A stretch of DNA of 64,000 nt from assembly GCA_951406725.2 (NCBI GenBank), contig OX597837.1:26350001-26414000 (forward strand), written 5' to 3'. The first letter of the stretch is position 1. Every line of letters begins with the position of its first letter. The translations under genes and the position numbers were made by a program. Positions 12,539 to 25,278 of this stretch are shown one piece after another. This DNA comes from Octopus vulgaris. Taxonomy: Eukaryota. The notes below the pieces were generated by a model. That model was not told where the DNA came from and made no database searches. It saw only the letters and a program-made list of their open reading frames with translations.

Positions 12539-12858
12539 ACATATATAAACGACAAAATGTCTGTGTGTGTGTGTGTCCTTTATACAAATCCACAATTTTT
12601 CAGTTAGAGGGATCGCACTTTCTATGGTCATTCAAACCTCACAAAGCCATTAAAAAAATCAATAGAAGTGACTTTTTTGTGAATTTTCTATCCAAAACCC
12701 AATCAAAATGCCTGAAACTTGAAATGCCAATTGAATGCCAGCTAGCTGTATGTGATTGGTCGGAGATTTGGACAGTACTCGCCTGTATGTGCACACGCAT
12801 GCAGCTATATATGCATGCACTAGCACTATGACCCGGCGTTGCTGGGTCATAGTGCTAG
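12536..12858 (+). mobile_element. Non-autonomous Helitron
   Basis: A|TC start, terminal hairpin CTAGCACTATGACCC...GGGTCATAGTGCTAG, CTAG|T end, no TSD. Confidence 0.85.
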
Positions 12859-12863
12859 TATAA

Positions 12864-12899
<36 letters not shown>

Positions 12900-13035
12900 G
12901 ATGGACTGTCCTGTTGAAGACAATATATGAGTGTTCATAAAGTCCCCAAAAAATGAAGAACACAAAAAACCACAACGTGAAGAAAATGCTACATATAAAG
13001 TTTAATGTCCTCCTTCCATGCTGGAACTATATATA

Positions 13036-13328
13036 GCCGCCGTGACCAACCAGGCTATTAGATGTTGCTACACATCACTGGTCACAATGCGCTTCGCATT
13101 GTTTTAGCCTTCAAATGACGCCACCCCACTGGCTAAGCGAGCAGGCCAACAGAAGAAAGAGAGAAAGAGTGGTGAAAGAGTACAGCAGGGATCGCCACCC
13201 CCTGCCGGAGCCTTGTGGAGCTTGTGGTATTTTTCGCTCAATAAACACTCGCAACGCCTGGTCTGGGAATCGAAACTGCGATCCTACAACCACGAGTCCG
13301 CTGCCCTAACCACTGGGCCATTGCGCCT

Positions 13329-13331
<3 letters not shown>
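13036..13331 (-). mobile_element. tRNA-derived SINE family D
   Basis: Head GGAGGCGCAATGGCCCAGTGGTTAGG...GTTTCGATTCC on the minus strand. Confidence 0.85.
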
Positions 13332-13378
<47 letters not shown>

Positions 13379-14069
13379 AAGAATAGAGACGAAGAAAACA
13401 AACGAAACGAAACCAAACGAATCGAATCGACGCGACGCGAGGGCGCTCATTCATACAATAGTGTAATAAATAAAATATATGCATACTTACAAACATATAT
13501 GTACGTACCTACATCTACATGTATATATATATGCATATATAAATATATATATGCGAGTACAGGACATCACAAATAGACATAGAACTCAACGAGAAGCGAA
13601 AAAGTAAAAACAAGCATGGAACGGACAATTTTTTTAACAACGAAAAAACAGAGTACAAGACAACTACACAAGGAAAAATCCCCTTCATCAGCTGTCCCTA
13701 GTTCAACTCCAGCGTGTTTCATATATATATATGTACCAGCATGGAAGGAGGACGTTAAACAATGATGATAGTATTAATAATGATAAGGAAAACTATTACT
13801 CACTCTAAAGAAACTATGCAGTCAGGAATGGGGCATTCAGATTTACCAAGCGGGAATAATTACCAGAGTCTAGCAGTTTATTGTTAGCTTGAGTATCACT
13901 AAAGGACCGTTGTGGTGAGCCGGCATTTGAAACTGATTTAAGAGGAAACATGATGACCATCAGGAATATATGTACCTTTAAACTAACTTTTGGTGATACA
14001 TGTGTATATATACCCATGCGAGCATGGAAGGTGGACTTTAAATGATGAGGATAATTATATATATATATG

Positions 14070-14290
14070 CTTTTCAACATGTGATCTCTTGAGCACCACC
14101 AGCAAAAATATTTTTTTCCTCTGTCTTCCCTTCTCGGGATCTTTCCTTCTCCTTGTTTCCGACGAAGAGCTCCGCTCGAAACGTTAAACCCTCCTTCCCT
14201 TCTTTCCTGAGCGTCAAATAATACTTTAATTGTTCCATGTCCTCACGTTGCTGTGTTTTTTTCTGTGTTTTCTTGTTTGGATTAACTTTA
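14070..14290 (+). mobile_element. (TA)n-flanked short element carrying a minimal hammerhead-like motif (14155-14189)
   Basis: GTTT-CCGACGA-A-GAGC-tcc-GCTC-GAAA-CG-TT-AAAC; shares TTCCTGAGCG..TAATAC with the element at 60867. Confidence 0.65.
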
Positions 14291-14310
14291 TATATATATA
14301 TATTTATATA

Positions 14311-14497
14311 TATATAACTTATAAAATATGGGCAAAAGAAAAATTATAATGCCAAACATGCCAAAAAAAGACAAATTGTCAATAACCATTATAATTTATG
14401 CGTCTCGAAATTAAAATGGTTATTGACAATTTGTCTTTTTTTGGCATGTTTGGCATTAGAATTTTTCTTTTGCCCTTATTTTATACGTTATTTATAA
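14311..14497. repeat. Long hairpin, ~85-bp arms
   Basis: AATGCCAAACATGCCAAAAAAAGACAAATTGTCAATAACCATT is perfectly inverted. Confidence 0.95.
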
Positions 14498-14575
14498 ATT
14501 TAACCTTTAACGGTATTTTTTGATATGCTGGCCATTGATAAAATCTTTTTTCGAAAAAATGTTATCCTACATTAG

Positions 14576-14614
<39 letters not shown>

Positions 14615-14654
14615 CAAGAGATATAAATATTATTAAAAATAATAGAATTATAGA

Positions 14655-14810
14655 TACAAAGCGAATGTACATGACGTACAATCATTGCTAGAAATAGCAG
14701 CCGATAGGTTATCGACAGTATGTAGAGCTTCACAGAATGTTCACAAGCAGAGATAATTTACTGGCTGCTATTTCTAGCAATGATTGTAATTCATGTACAT
14801 TCGCTTAGTA
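14655..14810. mobile_element. Hairpin MITE-like element, ~48-bp arms, TA-flanked
   Basis: AAGCGAATGTACATGA..TACAATCATTGCTAGAAATAGCAGCC and its reverse complement. Confidence 0.7.
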
Positions 14811-14813
14811 TTT

Positions 14814-14842
<29 letters not shown>

Positions 14843-14844
<2 letters not shown>

Positions 14845-15254
14845 CTCTCTTTTTACTCTTTTACTTGTTTCAGTCATTTGACTGCGGCCATGCTGAAGCA
14901 CCGCCTTTAATCGAGCAAATCGACCCCAGGACTTATTCTTTTGTAAGCACAGTACTTATTTTAATGGTATCTTTTGCCGAACCGCTAAGTAGCGGGGACA
15001 TAAACACACCAGCATCGGTTGTCAAGCAATGCTAGGGGGACAAACACAGACACACAAACACATACACACACATATATATATATATATACATATATACGAC
15101 AGGCTTCTTTCAGTTTCCATCTACCAAATCCACTCACAAGGTATTGGTCGGCCCGGAGCTATAGCAGAAGACACTCGCCCAAGATGCCACGCAGTGGAAC
15201 TGAACCCGGAACCATGTGGTTGGTAAACAAGCTACTTACCACACAGCCACTCCT
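14843..15254 (-). mobile_element. SINE family A
   Basis: Full-length homology. Confidence 0.9.
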
Positions 15255-15554
15255 AATATATATTCAGTATGACTATTTACCCCCAGTGTATCACTGATAC
15301 CTGTACTATTTTATCTGTCTTTATTGTAAGAGAATAGACAGGAAAGCAACGACTTCCTAGAAATTCTGAAGCTGTTTTAAATTTGAGGAATGAAAGCATG
15401 GAATTATTTCTTCCACCGACTGATCACAACAACAACAACAACAACATAACATTACTATGCACACATTGCTATTATTTCCATACTTCCTTTGCACACATCA
15501 AGTGATTTTTTTTCTCTCTCTCTCTCTCCCAAATTTCTCTTTGTTCTATCACAG

Positions 15555-15668
15555 CTGATGCTTCTGGCTGTCTTCAAACAATGGTCGTCCAAGTTAGTTC
15601 ACAATAGAATTGGTAGCAAAAACGGTTTGGACGGTGGTGGTCGTGGTGGTACTTCCAGGAATCAATGA
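15555..15668 (+). other. Possible exon (strong splice acceptor); coding status unknown
   Basis: ~45-nt polypyrimidine tract plus CACAG, followed by unique sequence; reads LMLLAVFKQW...RNQ* or DASGCLQTMVVQVSSQ*. No homology recognised. Confidence 0.2.
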
Positions 15669-16011
15669 CAGACAACGGGGGGGGGGGGAAATAAAAGTCA
15701 TTTTCAACAACCATGGCAAGAACAATAACAACATCTCGGTAAAATATATTGCTCAGTGAAGCCCAAGTTCCTACCGGCTCTGTGCTACTACTACTGCTGC
15801 TACTAGCGAAAGTGCATAGTATGAGTTGTGTGGAACCATGTTTCTGGAACAGTCAACTGGAATGGTGGTTCTCCAAGACAATTGTCAAATCACATGAAGT
15901 AATGCAAACATCAGAAATTCTATAACAACTGGAACATTTCCATTTTTTTTTGTTTGTTTTTTCTTTTTTGTTTCATTTCACAAAAACTAATAACTTCGGA
16001 GACAGGACTGG

Positions 16012-16014
<3 letters not shown>

Positions 16015-16049
<35 letters not shown>

Positions 16050-16516
16050 TGTATACAAGTGTGTGCCTTAGTTTATGTATAGGTGTGTGTGTGTATGTTG
16101 TGTATATATATATGTGTGTGTGTGTGTGTGTATACAAGTGTATGTATATCTGTGTGAGTGTATTTGTATATATATATATGTGTGTGTGTGTGTATACAAG
16201 TGTGTGCCTTAGTTTATGTATATGTATGAGTGTATTTGTATGTGTGTGTGTGTGTGTGTGTGTGTATACAAGTGTATGTATATCTGTGTGAGTGTATTTG
16301 TATATATATATATGTGTGTGTGTGTGTATACAAGTGTGTGCCTTAGTTTATGTATATGTATGAGTGTATTTGTATGTGTGTGTGTATACAAGTGTATGTA
16401 TATCTGTGTGAGTGTATTTGTATATATATATATATATGTGTGTGTGTGTATACAAGTGAGTGCCTTAGTTTATGTATATGTATGAGTGTATTTGTATATG
16501 TGTGTATGTTGTGAAC

Positions 16517-16548
<32 letters not shown>

Positions 16549-16755
16549 ATACAAGTGTATGTATATCTGTGTGAGTGTATTTGTATATATATATGTGTGT
16601 ATACACATAGTATACATCTATGTGCATAACTATGTGTGTATATATGTGTATAGCTGTATATGTGTATGTATGTGCAGGCATATCTAAATGTCTGCATGTG
16701 GTGTGTGTGTGTGCATGTTTGTATGTGTATCTATGTGTGTGTGTGTGCGTGTGCA
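16015..16755. repeat. GT/TA compound microsatellite with higher-order units
   Basis: Recurrent GTATACAAGTG blocks. Confidence 0.9.
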
Positions 16756-17141
16756 TATGACTTTGAGGAAAGTGATTTATCATTTTTAATATTTTTGCCA
16801 CTCTATAACAAACAAGACAAAGCAGTTTAATTAAGTCCTCTTCACGGGTTCCACTCCCTCTCCTCCTCACCACCATCTCCAGGAAAGTTCTCTTGACAAC
16901 TGGACTCACACCCCCAACTCCAATCACAGCCCCACACCCCTCAATCAACCACCACCGACCCCTGTGGTTATTTCAGTCAGTTGACAATTAAAACTCGCCC
17001 TTCCTAGTTCCTCTCTATGTCATAGCTGAGCTAACAAGGGAGCCCTTCCCTATGAGGTCATTCGACCCTGCTAGAAAATGCAGCAATAGTTTAAATATCT
17101 TTCTTTTTAAACTTAATATTTATTAGCTAATTTCACCAATA

Positions 17142-17450
17142 GTGGAGGCACAATGGCCCAGTGGTTAGGGCAGCAGACTCGCGATCGGAGGATCGCGGTT
17201 TCGATTCCCAGACCAGACCAGACATTGTGTGTGTTTATTGAGTGAAAACACCTAAAAGCTCCACAAGGCTCCGGCAGGGGTTGGTGGTGACCCCTGTTGT
17301 ACTCTTTCGCCCCAACTTTCTCTCACTCTCTCTTCCTGTTTCTTAAGTAACGCTGCGATGGACTGGCATCCCATCCAGCTGGGGCGAACATATACGCCAC
17401 AGAAACCGGGAAACCGGGCCCATGAGCCTGACTAGGCTTGAAAAGGGCAA
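17142..17450 (+). mobile_element. SINE family D
   Basis: tRNA-like head; tail contains CTGCGATGGACTGGCATCCCATCCAG. Confidence 0.85.
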
Positions 17451-18040
17451 CGAATTTCAACAATAAATAATATGGATGCCTCTTTTGTGTGATGTTATTG
17501 GTGTAGTTAGTAGTGGTGTTTAACTCAGGACAGCACTGATCTGGTTAACTTGTGAAGAAGAAACATGTTTTAGTTATGATCTTCATCTTGGCTACCTGTC
17601 TTGCCAGAATCTGTCATATCATCCACTCCATGCTAGCATGGAAAATGGTTGTTAAATGATGATTATATATACATAACAGCATGTATTCATTTCAACCAAA
17701 ATGAGTAAATGTATATATATTTATATGTGTAGATGCGCATGTGCACGCACACACACACACACAGGCATACACACACAAAGAGGCTTCTTTCAGTTTCTGT
17801 CTACCATATCTGCTCACAAGGCTTTGGTCGGCCTGGGGCTATAGTAAAGGAGACTTGCCCACCGTGCCACACAATGGTACTGAACCCAGAACCATGTGGT
17901 TGGGAAGCAAGATTCTTACCACACAGCCACACCTGCACCTTATCTCTGTTATTCATCTCAAGACGTTTACCGTAAACTAGAATTCAGAAGACAAATGGTG
18001 GTGTGAGGTGGCAAAAAGTACTTTTGTTTCATTCTATTAC

Positions 18041-18492
18041 AATGATGATGACGATGATGATGGTGGTGGTAATTACAATGAAGATGGTGATGGTGATGAT
18101 GAAGATGGTGTTGATGATGATGGTGGTGATGATGATGACGGTGGTAATGATGATGATGGTGGTGATGATGATGGTGATGATGATGATGGTAGTGGTGATG
18201 ATGATGGTGGTGATGATGATGATGATGGTGATGATGATGGTGGTGGTGATGATGATGATGGTGATGATGATGGTGGTGATGGTGATGGTGATGATGATGG
18301 TGATGATGATGGTGGTGGTGATGATGATGATGGTGGTGGTGATGATGATGATGGTGATGATGATGATGGTAGTGGTGATGATGATGGTGGTGATGATGAT
18401 AATGATGGTGATGATGATGATGGTGGTGGTGATGATGATGATGGTGATGATGATGGTGATGATGATGATGATGATGGTGATGATGATGGTGG

Positions 18493-18523
<31 letters not shown>

Positions 18524-18786
18524 GATGATGGTGGTAATGATGATGATGGTGATGATGGTGGTGATGATGATGGTGGTGATGATGATGGTGGTGATGATGG
18601 TGATGATGATGATGGTGATGATGATAGTAGTGATGATGATAGTGGTGATGATGATAGTAGTGATGATGATAGTAGTGATGATGATGGTGGTGATGATGAT
18701 GGTGGTGGTGATGATGATGGTGGTGGTGATGATGATAGTGGTGATGATGATAGTAGTGATGATGATAGTGGTGATGATGATGGTGG

Positions 18787-18827
<41 letters not shown>

Positions 18828-18840
18828 GTGATAATGATGC
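18041..18840. repeat. (GAT/GGT)n trinucleotide tract, ~800 bp
   Basis: Directly visible. Confidence 0.95.
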
Positions 18841-19413
18841 TGCTACAAACTCTGCTGGCGATGAAATATATTCCAGAGCTGTGATTGGTGTGTTTACCAA
18901 TGTAAGGATAGTTCCAGAATGACGTTGTTACAAAATGGTAAAGAGATTCCATCTAAGATTTGCAAAATATACATTCACGTTCTGTAAACACTTCAGTTTG
19001 TTCTTTGAAGTCAAAGACAGCATGAGATTTCCTGATAGCATGATGTTAAAGCTAAAAAACGGTTCCTGGGAGACGTTAAACAAGACACACAGAACCAAGA
19101 AGTTATTATTCTTGGAAACATTCAGTTTTAGAATTATGTATTTCTAAGAGTAAACAACAAAGCAAATAGGGGCCAATAGGTTCTCCCAGATTTCTCAGTC
19201 AGATTTTCTTACAAGAATTGCATCAACAGGGATTCCTGCTCCACAGAAATGGTTTTCTCAAGATTCCGTTAGAGATCATGAGATCTTCAAGAAATTTTAT
19301 GATTCATTGCATTTCTTTCATCAAACCATTTTTCCATATATTTTTTCGCTAATAATATTGTAGGAATGCATCTTGACTTGCTACAAATAAGACCAAAACT
19401 CCTTCTTGCCTAG

Positions 19414-19886
19414 CCGCCGTGCCGGTGGCATGTAAAAAGCACCATCCGACCGTGGCCATTTGCCAGCCCCACCTATTTGCCAGCCCCACCTGGCCCCCGT
19501 GCCAGTGGCATGTAAAAAGCACCATCCGACCGTGGCCGTTTGCCAGCCCCACCTGGCCCCCGTGCCGGTGGCACGTAAAAAGCACCATCCAACCGTGTCC
19601 GTTTGCCAGCCCTGTCTGGCATCTGTGCTGGTGGCACGTAAAAAGCACCATCCGACCGTGGCCGTTTGCCAGCCCTGTCTGGCACCTGTGCTGGCGGCAC
19701 ATAAAAAGCACCTACTACACTCACGGAGTGGTTGGCATTAGAAAGGGCATCCAGTCGTAGAAACATTGCCAGATCAGACTGGGCCTGGTGCAGCCTTCTG
19801 GCCTCCCAGACCCCAGTTGAACCGTCCAACCCATGCTAGCATGGAAAGCAGACGCTAAATGATGATGATGATGATGATGATGATGA
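19414..19886 (+). mobile_element. SINE-like family B with ~4-5 internal tandem units
   Basis: Repeated GTGGCA(C/T)GTAAAAAGCACCATCC units plus (GAT)n tail. Confidence 0.85.
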
Positions 19887-22849
19887 ATGTTCAAAGAACA
19901 AGGACACATTAGACAGTGTAGTCCTAGATAAACGCATCCTTGTCGTTATGACTTTAACATTTACTTTTCCATGTTAGTTTGGGTTCAGAGGAGACCTGTT
20001 GAAACAATGTTTCTTAGAGATGGTCACTTCTGGAATTTCCCCTTCAAACCTCGAATCTAATGTTCTGTGATAATGTTTTAGCGATTGCTGACGTCAAAAG
20101 GAGAGGAAACTAATTGGCGGAAGCCACCATTACATGTGACAAATAGCAGTCTTTTTTTTTATTGCTTTATTGCTCTGTCTCTCTCTCTGTCCCTCCCTCC
20201 TTCTCTCTCTCTCTCTCTTCATTTCCCCACTTTCTCACTCTCTTTTCTCTCTCTCTCTCTCTCCCCCTTGCTCTCTGTTAGAAATCAATAAAAAACAGAG
20301 CAGAACTTGTGATAGCTTTGACAAATTGGAATTACTTTTTTGACTATTAATTGAAGTGGAAAGACACTTGGACATGTGTGTGTATGTGTGTGCGTGGGCA
20401 CATGCACACACATGCATTTATGCATACATACATATATGTACACACACACGCACGCACGCAAATGCATGCATATACAAACAGTTACAAATGGATACTCACT
20501 GAATGACATGCGGACACACAGACACACAAATAGAAAGACACACAGATATGCTATATACACTCAGCTATATACATACAATAAATGACTGTTCAGAATATCT
20601 TGTATTATTTTACAGTGGACAGGGAGGAAGGAGAGATGGAGGGAGAAAAGCGAGAGGGAGCGAAGGGGGGAGAAAGAAAATGAGGAAGGAAAAGAAGGAT
20701 AAGGGAGAGTGGGAGGTGGAATAATAAAAGAGGAGAGGGTAGCAATAATAAATTTCATGAATAAATAATTAGAAGTGACCTCCAGAGGTCACACTCAGAC
20801 ACACTGCCCCTCCATTAGCCAGCTCGCCGCCTTTAATTTAATCACAACAATACCAACCTTCCAAAGTACCCAGATTGTACCCAGTATTCCTAGGTATACT
20901 ATTCCATAATACAAGATATCATTTTTTTGTCTTTTACTTGTTTCAGTCATTAAATTGTGATCATGCTGGAGCACTCACTTGAAGGGGTTTTAAATCAAAC
21001 AAATCAATCCTAATACTTATGTTTTTTTTTTTGTTTTTTTTAAAAGTCTGGTACATATTTCATTAGTCTCTTTTGCTGAACTGCTAAGTTAAAGAGAAAT
21101 AAACAAACCAACACAAATTGTCAAGCAGTAGCAGCAGTGATAGTAGTAGTGACACCCAAAACACATACACACAAAACACACATATATATATATATATACA
21201 CAAACACATACACACACACATATATATATATACACACACACATATACACTCACATACACACACACACACACACACACACATACACACACACACATATACA
21301 CTCACATACACACACACACATACACTCACATACACACACACACATATACACTCACATACACACACAAACACATATATATACATATACACATATACACACA
21401 CAAACACATACACACACACATATACACTCACACACAAACACACATATATACACACACATATACACACACACATACACACACACACGCACACACACACACA
21501 TACATACAGCATGCTTCCACACAGTTTCCGTCAACCTTAACTGGACCAAGTGAATCATGGTTAGCCCAGGGCTAAACACTAAGAATGCACAAAGCAAAGA
21601 AGGAAACATTCCGATGGTTCTCAGTCTGGTATGGAATTGCCATGTGGTGGCGGTGGTGGTGGTGGTTGGGGTGGGTGGGGTTTGTTGTGATGGTGGTGGT
21701 GGTTGGGGTGGGTGGGGTTTGTTGTGATGGTGGTGGTGGTGGTGGTATTGGTAGAGATGAAGGTTAGTGGTGGTGGTGGGGTGGTGGTTGGGGGTGGGGT
21801 GGTGCTTGTTGTGATGGTGGTGGTGGTGGTGGTGGTATTGGTGGAGATTAAGGTTTGCGGTGGAGGTGGTGGTGGTGGTAGTTGTGATAGCGCTGTTGGC
21901 GGTGGTTGTTCTTATGGTAGCGATAGTGATAGTTGTTGCGATGGTGAATGTGGCGTTGGTAGTGGTGGCATTGCTACTGTGATAGTAAAGGTTATTCTTT
22001 GGGAAACTTAGGCTGAAGATGTCAACAGAGCAGAATATTTTACCGAAACACTAGAATATTCTAAAACATAATTTGGATTTGTTTCCAGACAAACACTACT
22101 GTTATCCGCAAAATGCCTTCGGTTACAAAAGAAGTGTGTTTTTAACAACAACACTCAAAAATCAAGGTTAAGAGTTCGTTAAAAAAATAATGAAATAAAG
22201 AAAGCTAACGATGAAGAAATGTTTGTAAGGAACATAACTGGGGTTATTAGATTTCTATCAGAAAAGTCTAGGGTTTCCTTGCCCCAGAATAATCCTTCTA
22301 AATTTTCTCTTCATGTTCCGCTAACAAAGCCATCTTTCAACTTTGTGTTTTAAGCGTCTTCTGTGGGGAAGAACAACAAAAATATTTTTCGTAGTCACTG
22401 AAATAAGAGACGATGGCTACTGATAACAGACAAAAAAAGAAAACAAAACTAAAAAAACAAGAAAAAAGGAAAAAAAAAAAAAGAAAAATCCAAGATTCCA
22501 CCCCCACCTTCCCCACCAGCCATTTCAGATAACGAAATATAGAGATTAACAAAAGAATATTTTAAATATTTCGTTTTAAAATACTTAGAGTGTAATATTT
22601 CTACGAGACAATAAATTTGGGAAAGAACGCAACCGACCAATGAAATTGGCTCCAGTCGTTGGGGAGAAGGTGGGATCTGAACATGGGATACAAAGGGATG
22701 TAACTAAATACCACAAAGTATTACATGTATTGGGTCTGTACTTCATTGGCCCACAAATCTAATGCTACGTCTGTGTCTCACAGGTTGTATCAAAATCTAT
22801 AAAACGAATTCCAAGATGATAATATTATTCAGTTCTATATTATACGGAC

Positions 22850-23018
22850 GGCGATTCTTCGGTATAGGTACCGTAAGTACCAGAAGTGGCTTTGTTTACA
22901 TTTCTGAAGATAACAGAAACCCTTTTCTCCCACCCCTAACCCAAACCCTAACCCCCCATATATATAAAAAAAAAACACTTTCTTGAAATGTATCCGGTAC
23001 CTATACCGAAGTTACACC
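22850..23018. mobile_element. Mutator (MULE)-type MITE with internal CCCTAA-like repeats
   Basis: GG...CC ends, TIR core CTTCGGTATAGGTACCG, 9-bp TSD TATACGGAC/TATACGGGC. Confidence 0.8.
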
Positions 23019-23023
23019 TATAC

Positions 23024-23094
23024 GGGCATATGGCGTAGTGGTTAAGAGCGCGGGCTACTAACCCCAAGATTCTGAGTTCGATTCCAAGCAGTGA

Positions 23095-23133
<39 letters not shown>

Positions 23134-23282
23134 CAACATCGAAAAATACCTTAGGAATGAAAACCCAGGTTCGAAATTTCCCAAAGACACCTGAAAGAAG
23201 GCTGGAGGGTGTATCAGACGAAACGTTGTGTTAACAACAAATAAGATGAGGACAAATATCCGTTGAATGTAAATAATGATAA
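23024..23282 (+). mobile_element. SINE family E: tRNA head + (TAA)n + hammerhead-like motif (23186-23232)
   Basis: A box TGGCGTAGTGG, B box GAGTTCGATTCC; GACAC-CTGAAAGA-A-GGCTG..CAGAC-GAAA-CG-TT-GTGTT. Confidence 0.7.
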
Positions 23283-23492
23283 TATTATTGTTATAATTAA
23301 GGTGGCAAGCTGGCAGAATCATTAGCATGCCAGGCCAAATGCTTAGCAGTATTTCATCTGCTGCTATGTTCTGAGTTCAAATTCCACTGAGGTTGACTTT
23401 GTCTTTCATCCTTTCGGGTCGATAAATTAATTTCGGGTCGATGTAATTGATTTCCCCACCCCAAAATAAGAAAGGATTGTCTCACCATCTTA

Positions 23493-23890
23493 TACTCTTT
23501 TACTTGTTTCAGTCATTTGACTGTGGCCATGCTGAAGCACTGCCTTTAGTCGAGCAAATCGACCCCAGGACTTATCCTTTGTAAGCCTAGTACTTATTCT
23601 ATCGGTCTCTTTTGCTGAACCACTAAGTTACAGGGATGTAAACACACTAGCATCGGTTGTCAAGTGATGGTGGGGGGGGACAAACACAGACATACAAACA
23701 TATACACACACATACATATATATGTACGACGGGCTTCTTTCAGTTTCCGTCTACCAAATCCACTCACAAGGCTTTGGTCGGCCTGAGGCTATAGTAGAAG
23801 ACACTTACCCAAGGTGCCATGCAGTGGGACTGAACCCAGAACCATGTGGTTCGTAAGCAAGCTACTTACCACACAGCCACTCCTACGCCT
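23493..23890 (-). mobile_element. SINE family A
   Basis: Full-length homology. Confidence 0.9.
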
Positions 23891-24257
23891 ATACTGAAAA
23901 TTTTCATAAAATTTATTTTGGTCTCTACAACACCAATATATTTGAATCTAAAAATTCTGAAATATTTCAAATGAGACACTCGGTAAATTCATTATCAGGA
24001 TTCTTTTGACAGGAACTGACCATCAATCCAGTCCCCTGTTTACCAAACAATGCCAGTAATCCATACTTATTATACTTCTTGTAAATCATTTTATTGAAAA
24101 ATCAAGTGAACCAAATATATTTGAGAATAGCAGACCTTAAAATATTAATTTCCAAGCTTGAAGAGAGAAAAATGGAAGACAAAAAAATAAAATGTATTTC
24201 TGGGATTAGAGAGATAGGAATTATGTAAAATATCAAAATTTTAAATTTATAATTCAG

Positions 24258-24685
24258 TGAACCTGGTCTAATTAATTACAGAAATCAATATAGGCCTGGT
24301 CTAACTAATTACCTAAACAAATATAGACCTGGTCTAACTAATCAACTAAATCAATATAGGCCTAGTCCAACTAATTGCCTAAGCTAATATAGACCTGGTA
24401 TAACTAATCATCTAAATTAATATAAACCCAGTCTAACTAATAAAATGAATCAACATAAGCCTGGTCTAATTGCTAAAAATAATACAGACATGACCTAACT
24501 ATTAAATAAATCAATATAGTCCTGGTCTAACTAACTACCTAAACTAATATAGATGTGGTCTAATTAAATACAACAATATAGATCTGGTTTAACTAATTAC
24601 CTAAACAAATATAGACCAAGTCTAATTAATCAACATAGACCTGGTCTAACTCATTACCTAAATTAACAGAGAGCTGGTCTAACTG
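24258..24685. repeat. Degenerate ~30-33-bp minisatellite with palindromic core TAGACCTGGTCTA
   Basis: About 13 visible units. Confidence 0.85.
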
Positions 24686-25278
24686 TTGGACATGGAAAAA
24701 TTAAAATTTATCTAAAATTCTTATATTTCAGTAAGATGGTAAATTTAATTTTTTATAGTGCTAGGTCAGAGAAATATTCCATCAGAAAACAGAAAATTCC
24801 GGACCATTTTGCAACAAATCAGCTTTCTTTTTCCAATGAATACAAATTGGTTTGATCACTTGATTCCTCTATAGAAAACGGTAGAAACATAGTATTTTCA
24901 GTCTGTAGAATTTCCAATTGACTGAAAAGGTCTTTGAAGAATGACAACGAAAGATTAATTAGCATTAGAATTAAAATCCTGTCAGTCTCCACCTCTGTTG
25001 TTTGCTGTGATTCAATGAATTGAACCAATATCGATTGATTAATGGATGGAAAAAAAATAAAAAAATAAAAATGAAAAAAAAGCTGTTTAAATTTTTTGGT
25101 TGATTAAACTGCAACTTATTTTACAGTTGGTGTTTAGTAATATTACAATGAAACCTACTCTGATGACATCTTATGATCAATAAGCCAGGAAAGATTACAG
25201 TTAAATACCAATGGTCAAATATTGATTAGATGAAGGGGAGGGGAGGGCAGTCGGTTAGATTGAGTCTAGATTGAGAAA

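Noticed and set aside
13660-13722. Minus-strand GAAAC...CTGATGAAGG as a hammerhead
   Set aside because: Stems could not be closed convincingly and the 5' side is truncated by (TA)n; may belong to a related element.
17142-17215. tRNA genes at SINE heads (also 23024, 29592, 50914)
   Set aside because: A/B boxes run into SINE bodies and no complete acceptor stem is evident.
18003-18952. ~300-aa Asp/Gly, Met/Val, Ser/Pro and Ile/Thr ORFs
   Set aside because: A GAT/GGT repeat is open in four frames by composition; no splice or domain evidence.
22900-22925. CTGAAGA-taaca-GAAA motif
   Set aside because: No stem II or stem I pairing; chance match inside the MULE MITE.
24258-24685. CRISPR-like repeat/spacer appearance
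   Set aside because: Linkers are short and homologous to each other, no cas genes, eukaryotic context.
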